Assembly (NCBI GenBank): GCA_964534395.1
Contig: CAZHOW010000015.1
Location: 517 to 64,516, forward strand
DNA from: an uncultured Lishizhenia sp.
GTDB lineage: Bacteria; Bacteroidota; Bacteroidia; Flavobacteriales_D; Crocinitomicaceae
Direction of reading: 5' to 3'
Length of the DNA stretch: 64,000 bases
Part shown: positions 49,701-58,395 of the stretch, one piece after another
Layout of the letters: the number at the start of each line of letters is the position of its first letter
How positions within the stretch are numbered: position 1 is the stretch's first letter
Position numbers and translations under genes: made by a program
Notes under the pieces: generated by a model
Seen by the model: the letters and a program-made list of their open reading frames with translations, nothing else
Told to the model about the DNA's origin: nothing
Database searches by the model: none

Positions 49701-51159
49701 CACCGCCGGGAAAACCACCATCACCACCTTGTTGTTCATTGTCTCCACCGCCGCCACCGCCACCGCCTAAGGCGTTGTCTGAACCATCATTACCATCATC
49801 TTCGTTGCCACCTGTACCGCCGTTTCCGCCTGAGCTATTATTTCCATTACCTCCATTACCTCCAACGTTACTCGCGCCATTTGCACCATTGATACCAGCG
49901 CCATCTGGACCACCTGCACCGCCACCGCCGCCACCAACGTCATCAGTATTATTTCCATTACCTCCATTACCTCCATTTGAAGTGGTTGGATTTGTTACAC
50001 CGCTCGTGGAGGCAGTTCCACCTGCTCCACCGCTGGTAGTTTGGTTTGCTCCCCTTCCTCCGCCATTAGCAACAACAAGAGTTGAACCAAAAGTAGATGC
50101 AGTACCATCAGTATTTTCACCACCACCAACGCCAACAGTAACTGTATAGTTCCCTGAGGCATTGTTTATTGTCCCTTTAGCATAAGCGCCACCGCCACCG
50201 CCTTTTCCACCACCACTGCTATTTCCATTAAATCCGCCGCCGCCGCCGCCCCATGCTTCAACGGTAAGGCTCGAAACACAACTAGGAACGGTAAACGTAC
50301 CGTTTGAGGTGAAAGTTGTTGTATAAGTACCACCAGGGATGTAAGGTTTTAATGCAATTAAAATTGCCCCATCACGTGCGTTTCCAGAAAGCGTTACAGA
50401 TCCAATGCCAGTTTCTCCAGCTGTTGATTTAATTGCCCAAGCCCCAGCAATACCCATATCTAAATCTGCATCAAAAGGGACATCAAACAATTCTGATAAC
50501 GAACTAGGAGATGTTGAACTCCAATCGCTATTAAAACTTCTATTGTCTGAAATCATTGCAAGCATTATTACCGCGGCGTTATTAGATGTTGTCGTAATCC
50601 CGTTCGCAGAAAGTGAGCTATTATTATCAGTACTTGATGTGAAAGTACCTGCGATATCAATCGGATTTGTTTGATCAACTCCTGAGAATGCTATAATACT
50701 GGCTTGCATGTCATTTGCATCGCTATCCCCCTGAAACGTAAAATTAGAAGCACTTACATCAGATGACGTTGCAATTTTGTATAAAACTGTACCCCACCAC
50801 TCGTTGCTTCCTGATGTGTAAAATTTCGCTCCCCCGACTAATTGCCATCCAGTAGAAGTTGCATCGGAGAGTGAATTATCATCATTATCAGCTTGATTGA
50901 TTGTAGCAATGAGCAAATCGCCAACAGCTAGACCTGTGGGTTTGGCAACAGTGACAGATGTTGTTGTGCTTGTCGCAGTAGTTGCCGTTCCCCTTTGCGC
51001 TATCTGCCCCCAAGAATTGAAGCCCAACAAACCAATACAAACAAGAAAAGCTGATTTCCTGACCAAGGAAATTGAACGATCCGATAACTGATTAAATTTG
51101 GTGTTAAGTCTGCTAATCGAGAAGAAAGGACCTCTCTGAAGATTTGATTCTGTTTTCAT
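46702..51159 (-). CDS. 1485-aa mosaic T9SS-secreted surface protein
   Basis: Module order: unknown N-terminal module, polyglycine-rich module, Ig-like repeats, Big_2-like domain, beta-helix-like repeats, T9SS C-terminal sorting domain. Signal-like [18 protein letters not shown]. Gly runs up to 8 residues. Ig-like [38 protein letters not shown]. Big_2-like [32 protein letters not shown]. NxxGxxxxxG parallel-beta-helix-like repeats. [11 protein letters not shown]...[20 protein letters not shown] module. C-terminal [11 protein letters not shown]...GIYFLSI...K sorting domain. Confidence 0.85.
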   Translation of the reverse strand: MKTESNLQRGPFFSISRLNTKFNQLSDRSISLVRKSAFLVCIGLLGFNSWGQIAQRGTATTATSTTTSVTVAKPTGLAVGDLLIATINQADNDDNSLSDATSTGWQLVGGAKFYTSGSNEWWGTVLYKIATSSDVSASNFTFQGDSDANDMQASIIAFSGVDQTNPIDIAGTFTSSTDNNSSLSANGITTTSNNAAVIMLAMISDNRSFNSDWSSTSPSSLSELFDVPFDADLDMGIAGAWAIKSTAGETGIGSVTLSGNARDGAILIALKPYIPGGTYTTTFTSNGTFTVPSCVSSLTVEAWGGGGGGFNGNSSGGGKGGGGGAYAKGTINNASGNYTVTVGVGGGENTDGTASTFGSTLVVANGGGRGANQTTSGGAGGTASTSGVTNPTTSNGGNGGNGNNTDDVGGGGGGAGGPDGAGINGANGASNVGGNGGNGNNSSGGNGGTGGNEDDGNDGSDNALGGGGGGGGDNEQQGGDGGFPGGGGGGGENGGGQGADGLVRVTYSLPNNPTITLTNTTASACFSASAQNVTLAYSTTTGCPNQYSIDFTSGITDVTDANLSGSPITITLPAGLAVGIYNGTLTVKNSTYGFVSNTYSIAITVTAANTAGTASSNPTLCINTALTNITRTTTGATGIGTATGLPAGVTASWASNVITISGTPTASGTFNYSIPLTGGCGSVNATGTITVTAAPSAGTLSGTQAICSNGTTTLASTVSGGAWSSSNTAVATINSSGVVTGVAIGSATMTYTVTGTGGCANATATREVTVSQPTTSITIDGTTIGNGDYLWNGNINSNGNVSGNWYVLNNGIYSVANQVPQENHEVFVVSSSQAVSCVSSDLTIPNSGNFRSDNIYIGQNANVTLGNNASINVRGNFVNDGNINAGNGLVNFTGNSAVQIIRGTGALNFSNVRIAKSQGVVRLSNDISVSGALDFEQGNLDLNGKTLNYSGGFGISTSNGGLIGSVAQSKLNLTDSSQITDGLFQNGEIYDLTIGDSAGVSSSGSYTILHSLTVGNGATFTKEDGYTIIFKGNLVNNGEIIAGTSGDIGSLIFNNTIDQTISGQQISVAKLEINKNTGFLTISAPVTVTDTLKMTKGDIVNSALITIGTNSSNPGSISHNATNSGRITGALRRYFPSTPGSSAYFPVGNTSNTRGATIAFTSSPGANQYLTVKYQGGAAGGTAPLYTGLPLTTGDGVLIQNFDEEGYWEINPTANDYTQSINTTPYTITLQMKNLSNVNDRSTVRIIKAAGSNNQQENHRTWSALTFGQSPVIGNSNSDFTVTGTSTGFSWFGAGSGNNNPLPVELVSFSGLCEEGVVNLTWQTASEFNSSHFNVEKSRDGENWQLLSTVPSAGTSNELITYQAVDKNGTNGNNYYRLHQVDIDGTEKVYDPINVSCVETTAGYFTSYPNPSGDEFQVVVNNKEILGACTLNIVDAQGKVIDQRSIEVKDGINMFVITESLNPGIYFLSISTGSKTTQVIKHAVK
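49640..50340 (-). repeat. Coding low-complexity GGN-rich tract (polyglycine module of the giant protein)
   Basis: The plus strand shows long CCACCGCCACC-type runs. It produces the spurious poly-Pro antisense ORF at 49739..50149. Confidence 0.9.
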
Positions 51160-51233
51160 GAAATTTAAAAAAAATTGTGTTTTCTACGTAAAAAATGATA
51201 AATAGTTAAAAAATAAATTTGTTAGTTAACAAT

Positions 51234-51253
51234 GTTTAGTTTAGTTTAGTTTA
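51234..51253. repeat. Pentanucleotide microsatellite (GTTTA)x4, flanked by degenerate copies across 51221-51270
   Basis: Four perfect tandem GTTTA units were counted, with further GTTA/GTTTC/GTTTA words on either side. Lies 75-95 bp upstream of the giant gene ATG (51159, minus strand). Confidence 0.9.
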
Positions 51254-51979
51254 AGTTTCATAGTTTAGTAACATTCTTGCCTGAGTTTCAAATAATACCC
51301 TTTCAAAGAAAAGAATTATCATTTATTGCTCAATCGCCCAGCAAAGTTATTTATTAATCAATGAGCTACAAAATTTTTTTTCAAGTTTAGTCTATCGTAT
51401 TTACTATTGACGCCTAACGAAACTCTTCAATTTTTGATGTCTTTTTTTCAATTAAAAATCATTTTTTTTTCTTTAAATTGGATTTATCTATCTGTTTATC
51501 TAGTTTTTAAAATTTACAAATGCAATTACCAACCAAAATAATGACTAGAATAAAAAATGTAAAAAAGACACTATGACAACGAAATATTTTAAGTTTTTTT
51601 AGAAATTTATTTTTTAATTCTAGTAAATTAAACGTAGCTGATTCTACACATTTCCTTTCTGTATTTCCATGTGTTTTCACTTAGTGTACGTTTGAAAATT
51701 GCAGTGTAGTATGTGCTTTATGCTAAAAACAAAATCGTTTCTTGAATATTTACACCTAAAATTTATAACAATTCCTTATGCCATATGTGTGATCGCTTTG
51801 ATTCGATTGGAGAAAATAAATTCAGCAAGTTCCAAATAAGCTTATTTAATCCAAAAAGTTTAATGTATGAATATCCAATATCATTTAGAGGCAAGTCTTC
51901 TGTGCTAGATTATTGAATTCCTTATATCCTATCAACCTACACGACAAAATCCCCTTATCTTTGGTACAAAAAAACGGAA

Positions 51980-53116
51980 ATGCGCAAAATTTTTCAAAGC
52001 AGGTGGTTCAAGGTCCCATTTAACATTGCACTGTATGGATTCTCTGCTTATGGTTTTTTCTTGACGATGACGTATTTTGCGATGAAATTCAAATTAACCA
52101 ATGAGTCGGGTTCAATTGATGCAAATAACCGCTATTTTCAAGAAATGCACGACAAATACAATCAATCGTTCAAGGTTGATAGTGTTTCCATGATGAGACA
52201 CCGTTACGAGGTTTTGAATCGCATTTTGCTCTTGAATGAATATTATCCAAAAAACGCACAATACATTCTCGAAGCTTATCAAAATTCGAAGGATGAAAAA
52301 ATCGCCTTACAAATGCTTGATGCTGTTGATCTTCGATTGAGGGATAACACAGATTATATGTCAGGAATTCAAGAGCTACGTGAAAAAAGATTCAAAAGAA
52401 AAAAAACGACTGGATTGAGTGTTTTTGAGTGGATGAACATTGAAGAATGGAAAGCTTTCAGAATCGCGGTGCAAAAGGACAAAAAGTGGATCGATTCAGC
52501 TGCGCATGCATCAGGAGTAGAAGCTCGTTTAATAGTTGCTTGTTTGGTCGGAGAGCAAATTCGTCTTTTCAATTCAAAACGTGAGTCTTACAAACGCTAC
52601 ATCGGGCCACTGAAGGTTTTAGTTTTGGAAAATAACCTTTCCTATGGTGTAACGGGAATAAAGGAAAACACGGCAATTAAAATTGAAAACTACCTAAAAG
52701 ACTCAACAAGCACATTCTATCTTGGGAAAAAATTTGCCAACCTACTTGATTATGATACTTTGACTAATTACACAAATAACATTAACGACACAATGAACAC
52801 CCGCATTAAGAGATTAGTTCAATTCAATAATCACTATTATTCCTATTTATATGCAGCGCTTTTTGTGAAACAAATTAAAATGCAATGGCAACGAGCAGGA
52901 TTTCCTATCGACAATCGTCCAGAGATATTAGCATCACTTTTTAACCTGGGTTACGCCAAATCAAAACCGAAGAAAAACCCAAGTGTTGGTGGATCGGAAT
53001 ACGAGGTTGGAAATTCAAAATATACTTTTGGTTCCATCGCTTTTGAGTTTTATTATTCAGGTGAATTAGCGGATGTTTTTCCTTATGAAAAATCCCGTTT
53101 TGATTGTTATGATTAG
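51980..53116 (+). CDS. Hypothetical N-terminally membrane-anchored protein
   Basis: 378 aa. One TM helix (FNIALYGFSAYGFFLTMTYFAM), the rest mainly helical. No confident motif. Confidence 0.55.
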   Translation: MRKIFQSRWFKVPFNIALYGFSAYGFFLTMTYFAMKFKLTNESGSIDANNRYFQEMHDKYNQSFKVDSVSMMRHRYEVLNRILLLNEYYPKNAQYILEAYQNSKDEKIALQMLDAVDLRLRDNTDYMSGIQELREKRFKRKKTTGLSVFEWMNIEEWKAFRIAVQKDKKWIDSAAHASGVEARLIVACLVGEQIRLFNSKRESYKRYIGPLKVLVLENNLSYGVTGIKENTAIKIENYLKDSTSTFYLGKKFANLLDYDTLTNYTNNINDTMNTRIKRLVQFNNHYYSYLYAALFVKQIKMQWQRAGFPIDNRPEILASLFNLGYAKSKPKKNPSVGGSEYEVGNSKYTFGSIAFEFYYSGELADVFPYEKSRFDCYD

Positions 53117-53222
53117 CCAATTTGATAATTCATTAATTGGAAAATTAAAATTCGAACTAATTTAGTGTAACGTTTTTCAAAACTGGCATTATAGTCGCCT
53201 CTGAAACCATAAAACTTAATTT

Positions 53223-54485
53223 ATGACCGAAAAAAATCACATCCAATGCCCAAAATGCGGGACAAGTATTAACGTTAACGATATCATTACAAATCAACTT
53301 GAAGAAGAGATTCGATTGAAGTATCAAACAGAGCTTTTAGCGGAACAACAAAAAGTATTGGAACAATTGGAACAAATTCAAAAGGAAAAGGAAAATTTTG
53401 AGCTTGCCAAAAAAAGGGAAAACGAACTTTTTCAGGAGAAATTAGATAAAAAACTAAAGGAAGAACGCCGTTTAATCGAGGAAAAAGTCAAAAATAAACT
53501 TTCAGAGGAACAAGCCGAACAATTCCAAAAGTTACAGGAAGAATTAAACGAAAAAACAAAGAAAATCAGTGAATTGAATCTTGCCAAAGCTGAAATCGAA
53601 AAGTTAAAACGAGAAAAAGAAGAGGCGAAATCACTAGCAGAATTGGAGGCCCAAAAAAAACTGAATGAAGTTTTAAATGAAGAAAAAGTAAAAATTAAAC
53701 GTGCCGCCGAAGAGGAAAACGAATTGAAAATCAAAGAGCTTCAGAAAAAACTGGATGACCAAAAACAGCTTACTGAAGAAATGAAACGCAAGCAGGAACA
53801 AGGTTCAATGCAATTGCAAGGTGAAGTTCAAGAGTTGGCAATCGAAGAGTGGCTAGAAGCGCAGTTTCCACTTGACAGCATTGAAGAAATTAAAAAAGGA
53901 GCTCGCGGTGGAGATTGCATACAAGTCGTAAATACGCGCGATGCTCAAAACTGCGGTAAAATCTATTACGAAAGTAAGCGAACCAAAGATTTTTCGGCTG
54001 GTTGGATTGAAAAACTTAAGGGCGACATGCGTGAAAAAGACGCTGATATCGGTGTAATCGTTACCGAAGTGATGCCTGCTGGAATGGAGCGCATGGGAAT
54101 GAAAGATGGGGTTTACATCTGCACCTACGAAGAATTCAAAGCGCTAAGTGGCGTTTTACGAGAAACCATCATTCAAGTCAACAATGCGCTCGGCTCACAG
54201 GTCAACAAAGGCGACAAAATGCAAATGCTTTATGATTATTTGACAAGTAATAGTTTTCGCATGTCAATTGAGGCTATCGTTGAAGGATTTAAAGCTATGA
54301 AGGATGGATTAGAAACCGAAAAACGATCCATGCACCGCATCTGGAAGGAGCGTGAAAAACAACTCGAAAAAGTTATTTACAACACAATAGAAATGCACGC
54401 CTCCATTCGCGGAATTGCGGGAAATGCGATTCAAGCTGTTCAAGCACTAGAGTTACCGGGTGAGGAAAACGAGGAGGAGGAATGA
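53223..54485 (+). CDS. DUF2130-like protein: N-terminal zinc ribbon, about 190-aa coiled coil, C-terminal PD-(D/E)xK-like domain
   Basis: 420 aa. CPKCGT at residues 9-14, a highly charged E/K heptad region, then EEWL...GGDCIQVV...IYYESKRTK (E ... D ... ExK arrangement). Confidence 0.7.
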   Translation: MTEKNHIQCPKCGTSINVNDIITNQLEEEIRLKYQTELLAEQQKVLEQLEQIQKEKENFELAKKRENELFQEKLDKKLKEERRLIEEKVKNKLSEEQAEQFQKLQEELNEKTKKISELNLAKAEIEKLKREKEEAKSLAELEAQKKLNEVLNEEKVKIKRAAEEENELKIKELQKKLDDQKQLTEEMKRKQEQGSMQLQGEVQELAIEEWLEAQFPLDSIEEIKKGARGGDCIQVVNTRDAQNCGKIYYESKRTKDFSAGWIEKLKGDMREKDADIGVIVTEVMPAGMERMGMKDGVYICTYEEFKALSGVLRETIIQVNNALGSQVNKGDKMQMLYDYLTSNSFRMSIEAIVEGFKAMKDGLETEKRSMHRIWKEREKQLEKVIYNTIEMHASIRGIAGNAIQAVQALELPGEENEEEE

Positions 54486-54498
54486 GTTGAAAGCTTGT

Positions 54499-54583
54499 GA
54501 GTTAAGAACGCAAAGTTAAGAGATAAAAAGCGGAATTAAATGGCGTTTGAAAAACTTAACTTTTATCTTTTAACTCTTAACTT
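54499..54583. other. Composite inverted repeat built from GTTAAG words (2 forward, 3 reverse), possible terminator or attenuator
   Basis: Forward GTTAAG at 54501 and 54515. Reverse CTTAAC/TTAAC at 54555, 54570 and 54576. AAGTTAAGAG (54513-22) is perfectly complementary to CTCTTAACTT (54574-83), and an alternative 16-bp register also exists. Confidence 0.35.
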
Positions 54584-54591
54584 TATTTATC

Positions 54592-55425
54592 ATGATTACA
54601 ATTAAAAATAAATCCTACTCAGGTTCAAACAACCGCGAAAGTTTAATAGATTTTGAAATCCCTGAAAATTTCAATAATCAGATAATTGTTTTCGTACATG
54701 GATTTATGGGTTTCAAAGATTGGGGAGCATGGAATTTAGTCCAAGATTTTTTCACAAAACAAGGCTTTGGATTTTGCAAGTTCAATCTTTCACACAACGG
54801 AGGAACCATCGAAAATGGAATCGATTTCCCGGATGAAGAAGCTTTCGGTTTAAATACCTACTCAAAGTAATTGAACGATGTTATTTCAGTTCTGAATTGG
54901 ATTGACTCCCAAAACACTTCCTATCAAAAGATTCATTTGATAGGTCATTCACGTGGTGGTGGAATTGCACTGCTAGCTGCTAACATGGATAATCGAATTT
55001 CAAGCGTCACCTCTTGGGCAGGAATTTCAGATATTGGTTCGCGATTTCCTTCTGGAAAAGAACTAGATGAATGGAAAAATTCTGGTGTTCGCTATGTTCA
55101 AAACGGAAGAACCAAGCAAAACTTACCCCAATTCTATTCGCTTTACGAAGATTTCAATCAGAATCAAGATAAATTGAACATTGGAAAAGCTTGTGAAACA
55201 TTGAAAATACCTGCTTGTATTATTCACGGCAGTAACGACACATCAGTTCCGCTTTGCGAAGGCGAAAAAAATGCAAAATTATTAAACGTTCCATTGCAAA
55301 TTATTGAAAATGCCGATCACGTTTTTGGAGCATCGCATCCATGGAAATCGAGCGACTTACCAAAAGACCTAAAAATAGTTTGTATGCAAACTCTAGAGAA
55401 TTTTAATAATTTACTGTTAACATAA
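54592..55425 (+). pseudogene. Alpha/beta hydrolase interrupted by a single in-frame TAA (54868-54870)
   Basis: The two track ORFs (54592..54870 and 54871..55425) are in the same frame and contiguous. The joined product carries the oxyanion HGF motif (VFVHGFMGF), the nucleophile elbow GHSRGG, Asp (GSNDTSV) and His (ADHVF). Reading ..NTYSK*LNDVISVLNWI.., a Glu codon (GAA) would fit at the stop. Confidence 0.7.
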
Positions 55426-55453
55426 GCTTAATAATCTTTTTAAACAATTAAAT

Positions 55454-57640
55454 TTGCCCTCCTTTAAACTATTTACATTGAGAGGTTGCATCTTAATTCT
55501 AGTCCTTTTTTGTGTTCTAAAAACTGGAAATTCGCAAGTAGATCACTACGAAACCATAGTTTATGACTCCTCAGCTTGGCGTTTCACCGTGCCAACTGCA
55601 TCCACCTCAATGAATTGGATTCAACCTAGTTTTGATGCATCCAATTGGAATTCAGGAATTGGAGGCTTTGGATTTGCTGATGGTGACGATAATACAGTCA
55701 TTCCTACATCTTCCATTTCCGTTTTTGTAAGAAAGGAGTTTTCAATCAGTGACCTTTCAGTTATAAAAAAAGTGATCCTCAATATGGATTATGACGACGC
55801 GTTTGTTGCTTATGTGAACGGAATAGAGATCGCTAGAAATGGAATCACCTCAACAGGGCAACCTGTTTATAATCAATTGGGTGAAATTTCACACGAAGCC
55901 AAATTATATCAAAATCAATATCCCGACCAATTCTTATTCGATATTTTAGATTTTCCAGCCACGCTTTTACAAGGCACCAATGTTCTCTGCGTTGAAGTAC
56001 ACAATCAAACAGCTACTTCCTCGGATTTAACCTGTCGGCCTTTTCTTTCTGTTGGAGTGAGTACATCAGACTCGACATACTTTCCTACCCCAACTTGGTT
56101 TGTTACACCTGTAACATTTTCAAACTCAACTTTACCAATCGTGGTATTGAACACAGATGGTGTCGAAATTCCAGATGAGCCGAAAATTCATGCGACCATG
56201 GGAATAATATTCAATGGCGAAGGGAATGTAAATTCAATTTCGGATCCATTTAATGAGTTTTATGGTGAAATAGGTATCGAACGAAGAGGCTCATCCTCAA
56301 ATGGTTTCCCAATGAAATCCTACGGATTAGAAACATGGGGACCAGATTCTTCAAATTATAATGTTTCCATTTTCGATTTTCCTAGCGATAATGATTGGAT
56401 TTTGTATGCGCCCTACACTGACAAAAGTTTAATTCGAAATGTATTAACCTATCATATTGGAAATGAAATGGGAAATTATTCTCCCAGGACGAAATTGTGT
56501 GAAGTAGTTTTGAATGATGAATACATCGGAGTTTATGTTTTCATGGAACGAATCAAGATAAATCCAGGACGAGTTAATATTAACCCGGTTTTACCACAAG
56601 ATACGTTGGAAAATGAGCTAACTGGCGGCTATATTGTAAAAATAGATAAAACAACCGCTGGAGGAATTATTGCTTGGACTTCACCACATTTAGCAAGTGC
56701 CCCAAGTACGAATCCCATCCACTATCAACTTCATGACCCAGAAATTACGGAGATAAATCCTTTGCAATTGTCCTATATTGAGGATTACATTACGACTTGG
56801 GAAGACACACTGGCTGGTGTTAACTTTTCAGATCCAATTAATGGTTTTAGAAAGTTTATTGATGTTCAATCCTTTATAGATTTCATGTTAGTAAACGAAT
56901 TATCAAAAAATGTCGATGGTTATCGAATTTCTACGTTTCTACACAAACAGCGGTTTAGTGAAGGTGGAAAACTAGTTGCGGGTCCTTTATGGGATTTTAA
57001 TTTAGGTTGGGGAAATGCAAATTATTGTTACGGTGGTGATACAACGGGTTGGGAAATTGACTTCAATAATTATTGCGCAGGTGGACTTGATAATCCATTT
57101 TGGTGGAAACGCATGTTAGAAGATTCGGCTTATGCAGATGAGGTTAATTGTCGTTGGTTTAGCTTGAGAAATGGCGTATTAAGCAACGAATATCTATTAA
57201 ACTATATTGACAGTTTAGCTGCCTTTTTAGAAATTCCTGCATCTCGGAATTATAACAAATGGCCTATTTTAGGAACCTATGTCTGGCCAAATAACTTTAT
57301 CGGACAAACGTATCAAGAAGAAATCGATTATATGAAATCATGGGTTGTTGGAAGACTTACTTGGATGGATAACAACATGTTTGGTTCTTGTCCAAATCTT
57401 GGATTGAATAATAATCTAAAGGAAGACATTGTTTTTTATCCAAATCCAAGTAATTCAGTAATTAAAATAAAAGGTATAGTTCAGTCGGATATGCTTCGTG
57501 TTACCGATATTTTTGGAAGGGTAATTATGGAGCAACCTGTAAATAATCATGTTCAAATTGATGTTTCCAGTTATGAAAATGGTCTATACATTTTTGAACT
57601 AAAACAACTGAAATTAAAATCTAAAATCTTAATTAAATAA
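55454..57640 (+). CDS. CotH-family (atypical kinase fold) protein with N-terminal beta-sandwich region and T9SS C-terminal sorting domain
   Basis: 728 aa. LPIVVLNTDG, IERRGSSSNGFPMKSYGLE, IRNVLTYHIGNEMG, YIGVYVFMERIK, GGYIVKIDK, GPLWDFNLGWGN, WWKRMLED match CotH motifs as I remember them. C-terminus VFYPNPSNSVIKIKG...NGLYIFEL. TTG start. Confidence 0.8.
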   Translation: MPSFKLFTLRGCILILVLFCVLKTGNSQVDHYETIVYDSSAWRFTVPTASTSMNWIQPSFDASNWNSGIGGFGFADGDDNTVIPTSSISVFVRKEFSISDLSVIKKVILNMDYDDAFVAYVNGIEIARNGITSTGQPVYNQLGEISHEAKLYQNQYPDQFLFDILDFPATLLQGTNVLCVEVHNQTATSSDLTCRPFLSVGVSTSDSTYFPTPTWFVTPVTFSNSTLPIVVLNTDGVEIPDEPKIHATMGIIFNGEGNVNSISDPFNEFYGEIGIERRGSSSNGFPMKSYGLETWGPDSSNYNVSIFDFPSDNDWILYAPYTDKSLIRNVLTYHIGNEMGNYSPRTKLCEVVLNDEYIGVYVFMERIKINPGRVNINPVLPQDTLENELTGGYIVKIDKTTAGGIIAWTSPHLASAPSTNPIHYQLHDPEITEINPLQLSYIEDYITTWEDTLAGVNFSDPINGFRKFIDVQSFIDFMLVNELSKNVDGYRISTFLHKQRFSEGGKLVAGPLWDFNLGWGNANYCYGGDTTGWEIDFNNYCAGGLDNPFWWKRMLEDSAYADEVNCRWFSLRNGVLSNEYLLNYIDSLAAFLEIPASRNYNKWPILGTYVWPNNFIGQTYQEEIDYMKSWVVGRLTWMDNNMFGSCPNLGLNNNLKEDIVFYPNPSNSVIKIKGIVQSDMLRVTDIFGRVIMEQPVNNHVQIDVSSYENGLYIFELKQLKLKSKILIK

Positions 57641-57642
57641 GC

Positions 57643-58395
57643 ATGAAACAATCATTTTATCTATTTTTATTAGTCGTGGTTTTCGCGTCTTGTAAGAAAA
57701 TTGAAGGACCAGGAGGAACATCAGCAATCCGGGGGAAATTAGTTGGGCAAGATTTTTCTTTCGGTGATAAAGAAGTAACAACCATTTCTTTTTCTTCTGG
57801 TGCAACTCTTGAACACGGCGATTATTGGCTCTTAAATTCAACAGATAGTTCGAAACTTTACTACATCTATTACCAAAATCCGAGTTGGATTTCATCTGCC
57901 GACCCACAATTGCAGGGAAGAATTGGTATTGCAGTAAGTTTTAATTACAGCGATTCGAACCTTGAATTAGCACAACGAACTTTAGATTCTATAAATCAAC
58001 AAAGCGATTTACCTTTCGTTCTCTCGTTAACACAGGATATTTTAACCGTTACATCTAAGTTTTCAGGCGAAGTGGTTGATGCGGATGATTATACAACACC
58101 TTTCTCAGTTGATGTGTCGAATCAAGGAACTCCAAATATGATGGGAGATTCTTTCGGAAGAGCTGGAGAACGCGTTTACATTATCTACGGTGATAATACG
58201 TATTCAGCGAATTCAGTTCGAACGGATGAAGAAGGAAAATTTTCATTTGAAGGATTGCAAATTGGAACCTACACAATTTATGCCTTATCTGAGGATACAA
58301 TCCAAAATGGCAAATTCAATCGAATTTCAAAAACCGTTGAAATCACGGAAAAGAAACAAATTGTAGATGGCGGAATATTCAATGTTTTTTATTAG
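57643..58395 (+). CDS. Lipoprotein with carboxypeptidase-regulatory-like beta-sandwich elements
   Basis: 250 aa. Lipobox-like LLVVVFASCKK. C-terminal VRTDEEGKFSFEGLQIGTYTIYAL pattern. Starts 2 nt after the CotH stop. Confidence 0.6.
   Translation: MKQSFYLFLLVVVFASCKKIEGPGGTSAIRGKLVGQDFSFGDKEVTTISFSSGATLEHGDYWLLNSTDSSKLYYIYYQNPSWISSADPQLQGRIGIAVSFNYSDSNLELAQRTLDSINQQSDLPFVLSLTQDILTVTSKFSGEVVDADDYTTPFSVDVSNQGTPNMMGDSFGRAGERVYIIYGDNTYSANSVRTDEEGKFSFEGLQIGTYTIYALSEDTIQNGKFNRISKTVEITEKKQIVDGGIFNVFY

Noticed and set aside
49739-50149. 136-aa plus-strand ORF encoding poly-Pro/Leu/Ala ([13 protein letters not shown]...), and the 49767..49976 minus-strand ORF
   Set aside because: These are antisense or out-of-frame shadows of the GGN-rich coding tract of the giant gene (GGN reads as NCC = Pro on the other strand). 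Low complexity, no independent support.
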